DNA from: a virus
Lineage: Duplodnaviria; Heunggongvirae; Uroviricota; Caudoviricetes
Length of the DNA stretch: 18,645 nucleotides
Reading direction: 5' to 3' (one strand)
IMG/VR virus record: IMGVR_UViG_3300029241_000184
Position numbers and translations under genes: made by a program. This document shows, one piece after another, positions 7,359-15,274 of the stretch. The stretch's first letter is position 1, and the number at the start of each line of letters is the position of its first letter. The notes under the pieces were generated by a model that worked only from the letters and a program-made list of their open reading frames with translations, ran no database searches and was not told where the DNA came from.

Positions 7359-8096
7359 ATGACTCAGACCGCTGTTATTCCCGACTACCTTAAACCTGCA
7401 ATGGAACGCCTTGAGACTGCCCGCTCGGCGCATCTCGTCAATGCCAGCCGTATGGATGAAACCACGACGGCCATCAGCCAGGTGCAAACGCAAAAAAAGG
7501 AACTGGAGCAGGAAAACGGCAATGATTCCGGCGCATGGCGCGCCGCCTTTCGTGCCGGTGGTGCTGTCATTACCGACGAGCTGAAACAACGCCATCTGGC
7601 GCGCGTGGCACGGCGGGAACTGGCGCAGGAATGTGACAGCATGAACGAGGTACTGTCTTTTGAGCTGGACAGGCTCAAAGGAGCCTGTGACCGCACGGCC
7701 AGAGCATACCGTCAGGCACATCACGGCGTCCTCAGTCAGTATGCAGAGCATGAACTTGATGCTGCCCTGCGTGAAAGCTGCGGTGCCCTCATCAGAGCAA
7801 TGAAACTCAACATACTGGTTCTGAATAATCCGCTTGCTAATACGACCGGGCATCAGGGATATATCGAACCGGAAAAAGTTGTAATGCAGCAGGTGAAAGC
7901 GTGGCTTGAACAGGCCGTAAAGGGCTGCAATATCCGTCTGACCGATGAACCGGTGCTGTTTAAAACAGGGCTGTCGGCTTCCACACTGCCGCATATGGAA
8001 CATGACGTTGCGACCATGCCCGGTCAGCGAAAAGTCTGGCAGGAAAAAATGTGGGAACGTGAAGCTGACCTGAAAGCACGGGGGTTATTGTCATGA
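7359..8096 (+). CDS. sid: Sid-like protein (P4 capsid size determination / external scaffold), first gene of the late operon
   Basis: ORF 7293..8096 trimmed to ATG 7359 (MTQTAVIPDYLKP..., AAGAGGAG upstream) giving 245 aa, close to P4 Sid (244 aa); position immediately upstream of the Ogr/Delta-like and psu-like genes matches the P4 sid-delta-psu order. Called from size and synteny only. Confidence 0.55.
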   Translation: MTQTAVIPDYLKPAMERLETARSAHLVNASRMDETTTAISQVQTQKKELEQENGNDSGAWRAAFRAGGAVITDELKQRHLARVARRELAQECDSMNEVLSFELDRLKGACDRTARAYRQAHHGVLSQYAEHELDAALRESCGALIRAMKLNILVLNNPLANTTGHQGYIEPEKVVMQQVKAWLEQAVKGCNIRLTDEPVLFKTGLSASTLPHMEHDVATMPGQRKVWQEKMWEREADLKARGLLS

Positions 8097-8338
8097 TGCG
8101 CTGCCCTTTCTGCCGCACGGCGGCACACGTTCGCACCAGCCGCTATATGTCTGACAGCGTCAAAGAGAGTTACCTGCAGTGCCAGAATGTGCACTGCTCG
8201 GCGACATTCAAAACGCATGAGTCCATCTTTGAAGTGATACGTTCGCCGGTCGTCGATGAGAAACCCGCGCCGGTGCCGACAGCCCCCGTGGCACCCCGTC
8301 GGGTAAAAGGCTGCTACAGCTCGCCGTTCCGCCATTAA
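8093..8338 (+). CDS. Ogr/Delta-family zinc-finger late-gene transcriptional activator
   Basis: MMRCPFCRTAAHVRTSRYMSDSVKESYLQCQNVHCSATFKTHES has the C-x2-C ... C-x4-C arrangement and RTSRY / QCQN motifs of P2 Ogr and P4 Delta; start overlaps the stop of the sid-like gene. Confidence 0.85.
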   Translation: MMRCPFCRTAAHVRTSRYMSDSVKESYLQCQNVHCSATFKTHESIFEVIRSPVVDEKPAPVPTAPVAPRRVKGCYSSPFRH

Positions 8339-8354
8339 TCAGGAGAGACAACCC

Positions 8355-8921
8355 GTGACCACTCTGACCTTACAGCAGGCCTATGACGCCTGTCAGACGA
8401 ACAAAACCGCGTGGCTGAACCGTAAAACCGAACTGGCCGCCGCAATGCAGGAATATCAGGAATTATTGCTGGATGACAATGTATCAGGCTCCCGCAGATT
8501 ACAGATGCTGCGTGACCTGATTGACGTAAAAAAATGGGAAGTTAATCAGGCCGCCGGTCGCTACATCTTCTCGCATGAGGAGGTGCAGCGCATCAGCATC
8601 CGTAACCGGCTGCATGATTTTATGCAGCAGAACGGCGCAGAGCTGGCCGCCGCACTGGCACCGGAGCTGATGGGGATTAAAAACCAGCCCGCGATGATAA
8701 AAAATCGCGCGCTTGACCGTTCAGTCTCTTACCTGAGAGAAGCTCTTTCCGTCTGGCTGACCGCTGGAAATGACATTAATTATTCTGCACTGGATAACGA
8801 CATCTTAACGGCCATCGGATACAGGCCTGACGCGCCTTCGCGGGATGATAATCGTGAAAAATTCACCCCTGCACAGAACATGATTTACACCCGTCGACGC
8901 GCCGGACTGGCCGCGCAGTAG
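8355..8921 (+). CDS. psu: Psu-like protein (P4 polarity suppression / capsid decoration)
   Basis: 188 aa (P4 Psu is 190 aa), third gene of the sid-delta-psu type operon; N-terminal region ...QQAYDACQTNKTAWLNRKTELAAA... and QAAGRYI resemble Psu as I recall it. Confidence 0.75.
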   Translation: MTTLTLQQAYDACQTNKTAWLNRKTELAAAMQEYQELLLDDNVSGSRRLQMLRDLIDVKKWEVNQAAGRYIFSHEEVQRISIRNRLHDFMQQNGAELAAALAPELMGIKNQPAMIKNRALDRSVSYLREALSVWLTAGNDINYSALDNDILTAIGYRPDAPSRDDNREKFTPAQNMIYTRRRAGLAAQ

Positions 8922-8967
8922 TCTGTCAAAAAATCCCTGTAAATCCCGTCATTTTTCCCGAATTTAG

Positions 8968-8994
8968 CCATGCATCCCTAAGGTGCATGGTTTT
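8968..8994 (+). terminator. Candidate rho-independent terminator after the psu-like gene
   Basis: Inverted repeat ccatgca / tgcatgg with a 9-nt loop followed by tttt. Confidence 0.4.
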
Positions 8995-9094
8995 GCATGC
9001 GTTTTCCCGACCCTGCACTCCCTGCCAGCGCCAGTTGCGGCGCGGCCTGAGGCCACCTTTGCACCTGCATTAAAAGCGGTCCCTTAAGCGGGCA

Positions 9095-9113
9095 GGCGTG
9101 GCGGGGAGAGCAT
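9095..9113. other. cos-like site (P2/186/P4-type 19-nt cohesive end sequence)
   Basis: ggcgtggcggggagagcat differs at one position from the phage 186 cohesive end GGCGTGGCGGGGAAAGCAT as I recall it, and at three from P2 (GGCGAGGCGGGGAAAGCAC); lies just downstream of psu, where cos sits in P4. Confidence 0.55.
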
Positions 9114-9375
9114 TGCGCGCTAAGTTAAAGATACTTTTAATTTTACAACTACGTTGTGATATCTTTTTAACTCGCTAATTCAATAGTGATAAAACAATTT
9201 TTTATAGCTAATAAGAATCAATTCCAGACTAACAATCGTCAAAAACTATGTTTTGTGAATGGCTATCTAAAAATACTGGCTTAATTATTTGACGTGATCT
9301 AAAGTACTGATGAAATTATTATACTGATTTAATTTTTTAACTGCTAAAAACATTAACAAAAAATAAGGGATTCAC

Positions 9376-11361
9376 ATGGCAGAGAAATCATTTAATGTAG
9401 AAGTACAGATGGATTATTTAGATAAGGTTTCTAAATCTTCTGCATTACAAGCAATCGCTGAGTTGGTATGGAATGCCTTAGATGCTGATGCTGAAAATGT
9501 ATATGTTGATTTGACAGAGTCTGAATTAGGACTCTCGCATATATTTATCAGGGATGATGGTAATGGTATTCCCTATGAGAATGCAGAAAAATTATTTAGT
9601 TCACTGGGCGGATCATGGAAAAAAGACAAGGTTTTATCAGAAAGAAAATCTCGTTTTTTACACGGAAAAGAAGGGCAGGGACGTTTTAAGGCATTCTCAA
9701 TAGGTCGATATATTGAGTGGGATACTACTTATTTACTTGATGATGTATATTATGAATATAAAATAAAAGGAATAGCTGATAATAAGAAAAAGATTTCAGT
9801 TTCTGATAAGGTAGTATCAAGTGAAGTTAAATCAGGAACAGTTGTTTCTATATTGGAATTGGTGAAAAACTTCACCTCTTTGACACCTCAAAAACTATCT
9901 GAGTTTCTTTCCACTACACTTGCTTTATATCTTAGTAAATACCCATCCGTAAAAGTATTTGTAAATCGAGAACAAATCGATCCAACAGCACAGATTTTAT
10001 TTGATACAAGCTATAAATTAGATGATGTAGTTTATTGTGATGAATTACATTCATATGAGTTACAAGTTATTGAATGGAAGTCAGCTAAAGAAAATGAGAT
10101 TTTTTTATGCGACAAAGAAGGTTTTCCCTTAATAAGTTATGAGAAGAAAATTAGAGGGACTGGTACATATTCTTATTCTGTTTATTTGAAGTCTACACAT
10201 TTGACCAAACTTTCCCATGAGGGTACTTTGTCGCTCATGGATTTAGAGCCTTCTTTAAGCCCTGTATTAAATAAAGTCGAAGGTTTGATAAAGGAACACT
10301 TCCGGAAAAGAGATCATGAAAAGTCAAGGGAGTTAATTGATAAATGGAAAAATGAAGGTGTTTATCCGTATGTTGGTAAGGCCGAAAATATTGTTGAGGA
10401 TGCTGAAAGAAAAGTATTCGATATTATGGCCATCAATGTTATAAAATACATACCACAATTTGATAATGGCGATCTTAAACTTAAGAAATTTCAGTTTAAA
10501 TTACTCAAGCATATTGTTGGGAGTTGCCCTGATGACTTGAGAACTATATTAGAGGAGGTTCTCTCGCTTCCTAAGGAAAAACAAGCTGAATTGGCTGAGA
10601 TATTAAGGGATGCCTCATTGTCAGCTGTTATTAGTGTTTCCAAAATAATTACTGATAGATTGAAGTTCATATCTGGGCTTGAGAATGTATTATTTCATCC
10701 GAATACAAGAAAAGTATTCAAAGAGAGAAGTCAGCTTCATAAAATAATGGCGGATAATACATGGTTTTTTGGTGAGTCTTTTACATTGAGTGTCAATGAT
10801 AAGTCACTAACTGAAGTATTAAAAGTACATTTGGAAAAGCAAGGGATTGATATTCCAGTTGATGAGAAAGTAACTAGGATAGATGGTAGTGTAGGTATTG
10901 TTGATTTAATGCTTACTAGAAGTATAGGCAAAAATTACCCAGATGAGCGTGAGCATATTATTATCGAATTAAAGGCACCTAAAGTAAATATAGGTCAATC
11001 AGAAATAGAACAGGTTAAATCCTATGCGTATGCAGTTGCTGAAGACGCAAGATTTAATGGTTTAAAAACAAAGTGGAACTTCTGGGTTATATCGAATGAG
11101 CTCACAACTTATGCTCTCAGAGAATTAAAACAAAAAAACCTTCCTGAAGGTGCAATATATCAAGCTGAAGAAATGACTATTTGGATAAAAACTTGGTCCC
11201 AACTTATTCAAGAGAACAAACATAGATTGGGTTTTCTACAGAATCAGCTTAATATTTCGTATGACCGTGAAGATGGACTACAGTTCTTAAAGCAAAAGTA
11301 TGCTGAGTACACTGAGGGCGTTGTATTTGAAAATGAATCACAGGATGAGTATATAGATTAA
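9376..11361 (+). CDS. 661-aa GHKL-type (HATPase_c, Bergerat-fold) ATPase fused to a C-terminal PD-(D/E)xK-like nuclease motif; candidate single-gene anti-phage defense protein carried as satellite cargo
   Basis: Single uninterrupted ORF with AAGGGA 6 nt upstream of the ATG. N-terminus: E29-x3-N33-A-x-D36-A (N box; E29 codon at 9460), D60-D-G-N-G64-I (G1 box, 9556..9567), G97-K-E-G-Q-G102 (G2 box, 9664..9681). C-terminus: GIVD510LML ... IIIE531LK533 (D at 10903..10905, E-L-K at 10966..10974) in the arrangement of PD-(D/E)xK nucleases. Strongly AT-rich with A/T-ending codons, unlike the flanking P4 core genes. Confidence 0.85.
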   Translation: MAEKSFNVEVQMDYLDKVSKSSALQAIAELVWNALDADAENVYVDLTESELGLSHIFIRDDGNGIPYENAEKLFSSLGGSWKKDKVLSERKSRFLHGKEGQGRFKAFSIGRYIEWDTTYLLDDVYYEYKIKGIADNKKKISVSDKVVSSEVKSGTVVSILELVKNFTSLTPQKLSEFLSTTLALYLSKYPSVKVFVNREQIDPTAQILFDTSYKLDDVVYCDELHSYELQVIEWKSAKENEIFLCDKEGFPLISYEKKIRGTGTYSYSVYLKSTHLTKLSHEGTLSLMDLEPSLSPVLNKVEGLIKEHFRKRDHEKSRELIDKWKNEGVYPYVGKAENIVEDAERKVFDIMAINVIKYIPQFDNGDLKLKKFQFKLLKHIVGSCPDDLRTILEEVLSLPKEKQAELAEILRDASLSAVISVSKIITDRLKFISGLENVLFHPNTRKVFKERSQLHKIMADNTWFFGESFTLSVNDKSLTEVLKVHLEKQGIDIPVDEKVTRIDGSVGIVDLMLTRSIGKNYPDEREHIIIELKAPKVNIGQSEIEQVKSYAYAVAEDARFNGLKTKWNFWVISNELTTYALRELKQKNLPEGAIYQAEEMTIWIKTWSQLIQENKHRLGFLQNQLNISYDREDGLQFLKQKYAEYTEGVVFENESQDEYID

Positions 11362-11371
11362 CATAATTGAA

Positions 11372-11402
11372 AGGCTCGCCAGTTTATTCTGGCGAGTTTC
11401 TT
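11372..11402 (+). terminator. Rho-independent terminator after the cargo gene, convergent with the end of int
   Basis: Stem ctcgccag / ctggcgag (8 bp) with a 6-nt loop, followed by tttctt. Confidence 0.5.
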
Positions 11403-12591
11403 AAAGACTGGATACTTTATTACCCCACCAATTCATTAATTCTATTCTTTGCGGAAGATATATAGAGCGATTATAAGCTCTTCGTACTTCATCTTTATAA
11501 CTATGAGCTAGTGCTGCCTCAATAACATCAGCATTGAATCCTGCTTCATTCATGGCAGTACTGGCTATAGAACGTAAACCATGTGCAACAAGCTTTCCAC
11601 CATAACCAATTCTCTTCAGCGCAGCATTAGCAGTCTGGCTATTCATTGGCAGCTTAGGGTCATTTCTGCTAGGAAAAACATGTTCTCGATGGGCACTGAT
11701 TGGCTTCATCACTTCTAAAATTTCTAATGCTTGAGGAGACAAAGGTACGATGTGCTCTCGTTTAGCCTTCATCCGTTCGGCTGGAATCGTCCAAAGCTTC
11801 GCATCAAGATCGATCTCTTCCCACCGAGCTCCGGAAGCCTCAGAAGGACGCACAAGGGTCAGGAGCTGCCACTCAATTAGACAGCGAGTCGAAACAGATA
11901 GATTCGACATGACTAGAGAACGCATCAGCTTTGGCAATTCCTCTGGCCGCAGCGTCGGCATATTTTGCTTTTTGGGCTTCTCAAAGGCCATCCCAACTCC
12001 TGAGGCTGGGTTCGCATCAATCAGACCCGTGTTTACGGCATAAATCATTATCTCGTTAATGCGTTGCACCAGTCGACGTACAGTCTCAAGCGCCCCACGA
12101 GCTTTGATGGGCTCAAGAGCTTCAACCAGTGTCCGGGCTTTGATTTGCTGAACAGGGATCTCACCGATGGCAGGGAATACATCTTTCTCCAGTGAGCGCC
12201 AAATGTCTTTTGCGTAATCAGGGGTAACGCTTTTGCTTTTGAGCTGGAACCAGTTAGCGGCGACCGTTGAAAAAATACTGTCCAGTGCGATTTGCTGCTG
12301 TTCCTCTGCAACTTCAGCTTGAATCTGTGGGTCGATTCCATTGGCTAATAAGGCAAGGTAATCAGCTCTTAACCCTCGGGCATCAGCAAGCGATAGGGCG
12401 GGGAAGGCTCCGAGTCCCATCATTGTCCGCTGTTTTGTTGCCGGACGTTGATAACGGAAACGCCAGAGCTTTTTGCCGCTGGTTTTCACTATCAGGAAAA
12501 GCCCATCGCCATCATGTAGCGTTAGATCCTTCTCTAGCGCTTTAGCGCGCAGAACTTCGGTGTTGGTCAGGGGGCGTGTTGTCCGTGCCAC
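11401..12591 (-). CDS. int: Tyrosine recombinase, P4-family integrase of the satellite, adjacent to ssrA
   Basis: 396-aa ORF; N-terminal LTLHDGDGLFL...GKKLWRFRY as in P4-type integrases; C-terminal HGLRS and AYNRSIY catalytic boxes; same orientation as ssrA and immediately downstream of it. Confidence 0.92.
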   Translation of the reverse strand: MARTTRPLTNTEVLRAKALEKDLTLHDGDGLFLIVKTSGKKLWRFRYQRPATKQRTMMGLGAFPALSLADARGLRADYLALLANGIDPQIQAEVAEEQQQIALDSIFSTVAANWFQLKSKSVTPDYAKDIWRSLEKDVFPAIGEIPVQQIKARTLVEALEPIKARGALETVRRLVQRINEIMIYAVNTGLIDANPASGVGMAFEKPKKQNMPTLRPEELPKLMRSLVMSNLSVSTRCLIEWQLLTLVRPSEASGARWEEIDLDAKLWTIPAERMKAKREHIVPLSPQALEILEVMKPISAHREHVFPSRNDPKLPMNSQTANAALKRIGYGGKLVAHGLRSIASTAMNEAGFNADVIEAALAHSYKDEVRRAYNRSIYLPQRIELMNWWGNKVSSL

Positions 12592-12613
12592 TGTGGCCGC
12601 TCCTTCATGAATT

Positions 12614-12661
12614 GGTATACGCTTTTAGGTATACATCCTACCGTATACCTAAACGTATACC
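12614..12661. repeat. Four direct copies of a GTATAC(C) motif at 12- to 14-bp spacing between the int start and the ssrA terminator; candidate integrase arm-type sites
   Basis: ggtatac (12614), ggtatac (12628), cgtatacc (12642), cgtatacc (12654); the same motif recurs at 1962..1982 at the other end of the element. Confidence 0.45.
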
Positions 12662-12707
12662 AATAATCACCGGATTTAGCCGGATGCTCTCGGACAACTA
12701 CAGACAC

Positions 12708-12742
12708 AAAAAAGCCCACAGGGCTTGTGCCGTGCGGGCTTT
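12708..12742 (-). terminator. ssrA rho-independent terminator
   Basis: On the minus strand, stem aagcccgcacggcacaagccctgtgggctt followed by tttttt, about 33 nt downstream of the mature tmRNA 3' end. Confidence 0.7.
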
Positions 12743-12774
12743 CAGGATTTCACCGGACGTATCCGGATCATAAT

Positions 12775-13138
12775 GTGGTGGAGCTGGCGGGAGTTGAACC
12801 CGCGTCCGAAATTCCTACATCCTCGGTACTACATGCTTAGTCAGTCTTTATATTCGCTTGCCAGCTGCGGACGGACACGCCACTAACAAACTAGCCTGAT
12901 TAAGTTTTAACGCTTCAACCCCAGGCAGGGCTTCCACGCGATCTCTTTTGGGTTTGACCTCTCTTGATCCCCGTCCTAAGAGCGGAGGCTAGGGAGAGAG
13001 GGCTCTAAGCAGGTTATTAAGCTGCTAAAGCGTAGTTTTCGTCGTTTGCGACTATTTTTTGCGGCTTTTTACGAGGCCAACCGCCCCTCGGCATGCACCT
13101 TGGGTTTCGCAAATCCCGTCGAATCCAGAATCAGCCCC
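12775..13138 (-). ncRNA. ssrA: tmRNA (SsrA, transfer-messenger RNA)
   Basis: Minus strand reads GGGGCTGATTCTGGATTCGACGGG ... GGAGTTGAACCCGCCAGCTCCACCA; internal tag reading frame at 13017..13049 (minus) encodes ANDENYALAA followed by a stop. Length about 363 nt; ends are within a few nt. Confidence 0.95.
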
Positions 13139-13352
13139 AATGTGTAAAGGTAAGTATACCAGATTTATGAGCGCCATGACCAGCCTCAATGGCGTTATCG
13201 TTAAAGATTTAGCACCCATGTAGCCTGATTTTTATTCGATTAAGCAATGGGATGGCAACATTTGTGTCGGATGTGATAGCCAATAAGATGTTCATTCGCG
13301 CCGCCGGAGAGGGAGGCGCGGTGAGGAACTGGTCAATAATTGGAGTGCAGGT

Positions 13353-13835
13353 TTAACGGTGGGCGTTTTTCATGATACGTGCTTTATCCACCTGCCATTC
13401 GCGCTCTTTGATATCTGAACGTTTATCGTGCTGTTTCTTACCTTTGGCGACGCCGATTTTCACTTTGCACCAGGCATTTTTCCAGTACAGGGAGAGCGCC
13501 ACTACGGTATAGCCTTCTCGATTGACGCGACCGTACAATGAGTCCAGTTCGCGCTGGTTGAGAAGTAACTTGCGGGTACGGGTAGGATCGCACACCACAT
13601 GCGTGGAGGCCACGGCCATTGGCGTGATGTTAGCGCCAAACAGAAATGCCTCTCCGTCACGCAGAAGGACGTAGCTGTCGCTGATATTGGCTTTTCCTGC
13701 GCGCAGGGATTTAACTTCCCAGCCTTGCAGGGCAAGTCCCGCTTCGAACTCTTCTTCGATAAAGTATTCGTGACGGGCGCGCTTGTTAAGCGCGATGGTC
13801 GCTGAACCAGGTTTATGTGCTTTTTTCTTCGTCAT
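13353..13835 (-). CDS. smpB: SsrA-binding protein SmpB
   Basis: 160-aa ORF immediately upstream of ssrA on the same strand; length and sequence consistent with SmpB. Confidence 0.93.
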
Positions 13836-13966
13836 AAGCGTCGTGAATCATCGGTAATCTGAAATCGAAAACACCCCATATCAATCCTGCGGGGGACAAG
13901 GCTCTATCTTAGCATGAACCCGATGTTACCCAGCGCCGGGATAGCGTTTTTTTTACAGCAGGATAA

Positions 13967-14443
13967 ATGATATTATTTGTTGGATTTTTGTTGATGGAAA
14001 TTGTTATGCCTCAGATTAGCCGGACCGCACTGGTACCCTACAGCGCGGAGCAAATGTATCAGTTAGTGAATGACGTTCAGTCTTATCCTCAGTTTTTGCC
14101 GGGTTGTACCGGAAGTCGGATTCTGGAGTCCACTCCTGGGCAGATGACTGCGGCGGTAGATGTCTCTAAGGCTGGGATCAGCAAAACGTTTACTACCCGC
14201 AACCAGTTGACCAGTAACCAAAGTATTCTTATGAATCTGGTGGATGGGCCGTTCAAGAAATTGATTGGTGGATGGAAGTTTACGCCGCTGAGCCAGGAGG
14301 CGTGTCGTATCGAGTTTCATCTCGACTTTGAGTTTACCAATAAGTTGATTGAACTCGCCTTTGGTCGCGTGTTTAAAGAGCTGGCGGCTAATATGGTCCA
14401 GGCTTTTACGGTTCGTGCGAAAGAGGTTTACAGTGCCAGGTAA
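13967..14443 (+). CDS. ratA: Ribosome association toxin RatA (SRPBCC/polyketide cyclase-like fold)
   Basis: 158-aa ORF in the conserved position divergent from smpB; the true start may be an internal Met. Confidence 0.8.
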   Translation: MILFVGFLLMEIVMPQISRTALVPYSAEQMYQLVNDVQSYPQFLPGCTGSRILESTPGQMTAAVDVSKAGISKTFTTRNQLTSNQSILMNLVDGPFKKLIGGWKFTPLSQEACRIEFHLDFEFTNKLIELAFGRVFKELAANMVQAFTVRAKEVYSAR

Positions 14444-14723
14444 AATTGCCGTTGAGGTGGCTTATGCGCTACCTGAGAAGCAGTACCTGCAGCGAGTGAC
14501 GCTGCAGGAGGGCGCGACGGTTGAAGAAGCTATTCGCGCCAGTGGCTTGCTGGAATTGCGTACCGATATCGATTTAACTAAAAACAAAGTCGGCATTTAC
14601 AGCCGTCCGGCAAAACTAAGCGATAGTGTGCATGATGGCGATCGGGTGGAGATTTATCGCCCTCTCATTGCCGATCCGAAAGAGCTTCGCAGGCAACGAG
14701 CAGAAAAATCAGCGAATAAATAA
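14433..14723 (+). CDS. ratB: RatB (YfjF-type small protein, UPF0125)
   Basis: 96-aa reading frame from GTG at 14433 (AAGAGG 6 nt upstream), overlapping the end of ratA; the ORF track shows the in-frame upstream extension 14349..14723. Confidence 0.75.
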
Positions 14724-14730
14724 CAGACAG

Positions 14731-14760
14731 AAAAAAGGTGCTCATTGAGCACCTTTTTTA
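14731..14760. terminator. Bidirectional rho-independent terminator between ratB and bamE
   Basis: aaaaaaggtgctcattgagcacctttttta: GC stem flanked by an A-run and a T-run, so it can terminate on either strand. Confidence 0.6.
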
Positions 14761-14784
14761 ACGTCTTTGAGAGCAACTTTATTA

Positions 14785-15126
14785 TTAGTTACCACTCAGC
14801 GCAGGTTTGTTATCAATATTGGTCAACACACCGCTACTGTTAAAGGTCAGCGTCAGCGTTTGCTGAGTTACACCTTCATGACCTGGTTGCTGGCGGAAGA
14901 CATAGAACCAGGTATTCGTACCAAATGGATCGGACATCAGCGGTGTACCCAATGCGTACGCAACTTGTTGTTGCGTCATGCCAACACGTATTTTGGATAC
15001 GTCGTTAGCGGTCAGATAGTTCCCCTGGTTGATGTCAGGACGGTAAACCACTCGCTCCAGAGTGGAACAGCCTGCGGTCAACATCAATAGTACTGCTGCT
15101 GCAGCAGTCAGCGTTTTACAGCGCAT
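14785..15126 (-). CDS. bamE: Outer membrane protein assembly factor BamE (SmpA lipoprotein)
   Basis: 113 aa; signal peptide with lipobox LTAGC near the N-terminus; conserved position next to recN. Confidence 0.93.
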
Positions 15127-15274
15127 AGTGATTTGATTCCTTTTCGGGCCCGAGCAGTACGTGGCTCATCTGTAATATGCCGATGATAATAGACCTTTCA
15201 TCACTTTAAAACCTTTTGCTTTCCGGTCTTACGGCGTTTTGCTGTTTACTCTGACCGTGAAGCAGGAAAAAAGT

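Larger units (their letters stand above)
1889..12777. mobile_element. P4-like phage satellite (cryptic prophage-type element) integrated at the 3' end of ssrA; boundaries approximate
   Basis: Gene content and order match the P4 layout: integrase adjacent to the tmRNA gene, cargo gene, cos-like site, psu / Ogr-Delta / sid-like operon, AlpA-like regulator plus small coupled ORFs, 777-aa alpha primase/helicase, iteron clusters, and a degenerate ssrA 3'-end copy at the distal end. Size about 10.9 kb, close to P4 (about 11.6 kb). Confidence 0.75.

Noticed and set aside
7257-8003. 248-aa minus-strand ORF overlapping the sid-like gene (and the nested 7385..7696 ORF)
   Set aside because: Antisense to the sid-like frame, which has a strong RBS and operon context; Cys/Arg-rich composition and no RBS.
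9280-9330. Sigma-70 promoter for the cargo gene (TTGACG at 9289..9294 with TATACT at 9320..9325)
   Set aside because: Spacing between the candidate -35 and -10 hexamers is 22-25 bp, too long for a canonical promoter; the region is AT-rich and probably contains the promoter, but I cannot place it confidently.
12576-12773. 65-aa plus-strand ORF covering the int-ssrA spacer
   Set aside because: Overlaps the GTATACC repeats and the ssrA terminator hairpin; no RBS; better explained as attL regulatory DNA.
13502-15090. Short ORFs overlapping smpB, ratA and bamE (13502..13735, 13599..13805, 14063..14320, 14767..15090)
   Set aside because: Alternative-frame or antisense ORFs within conserved housekeeping genes.
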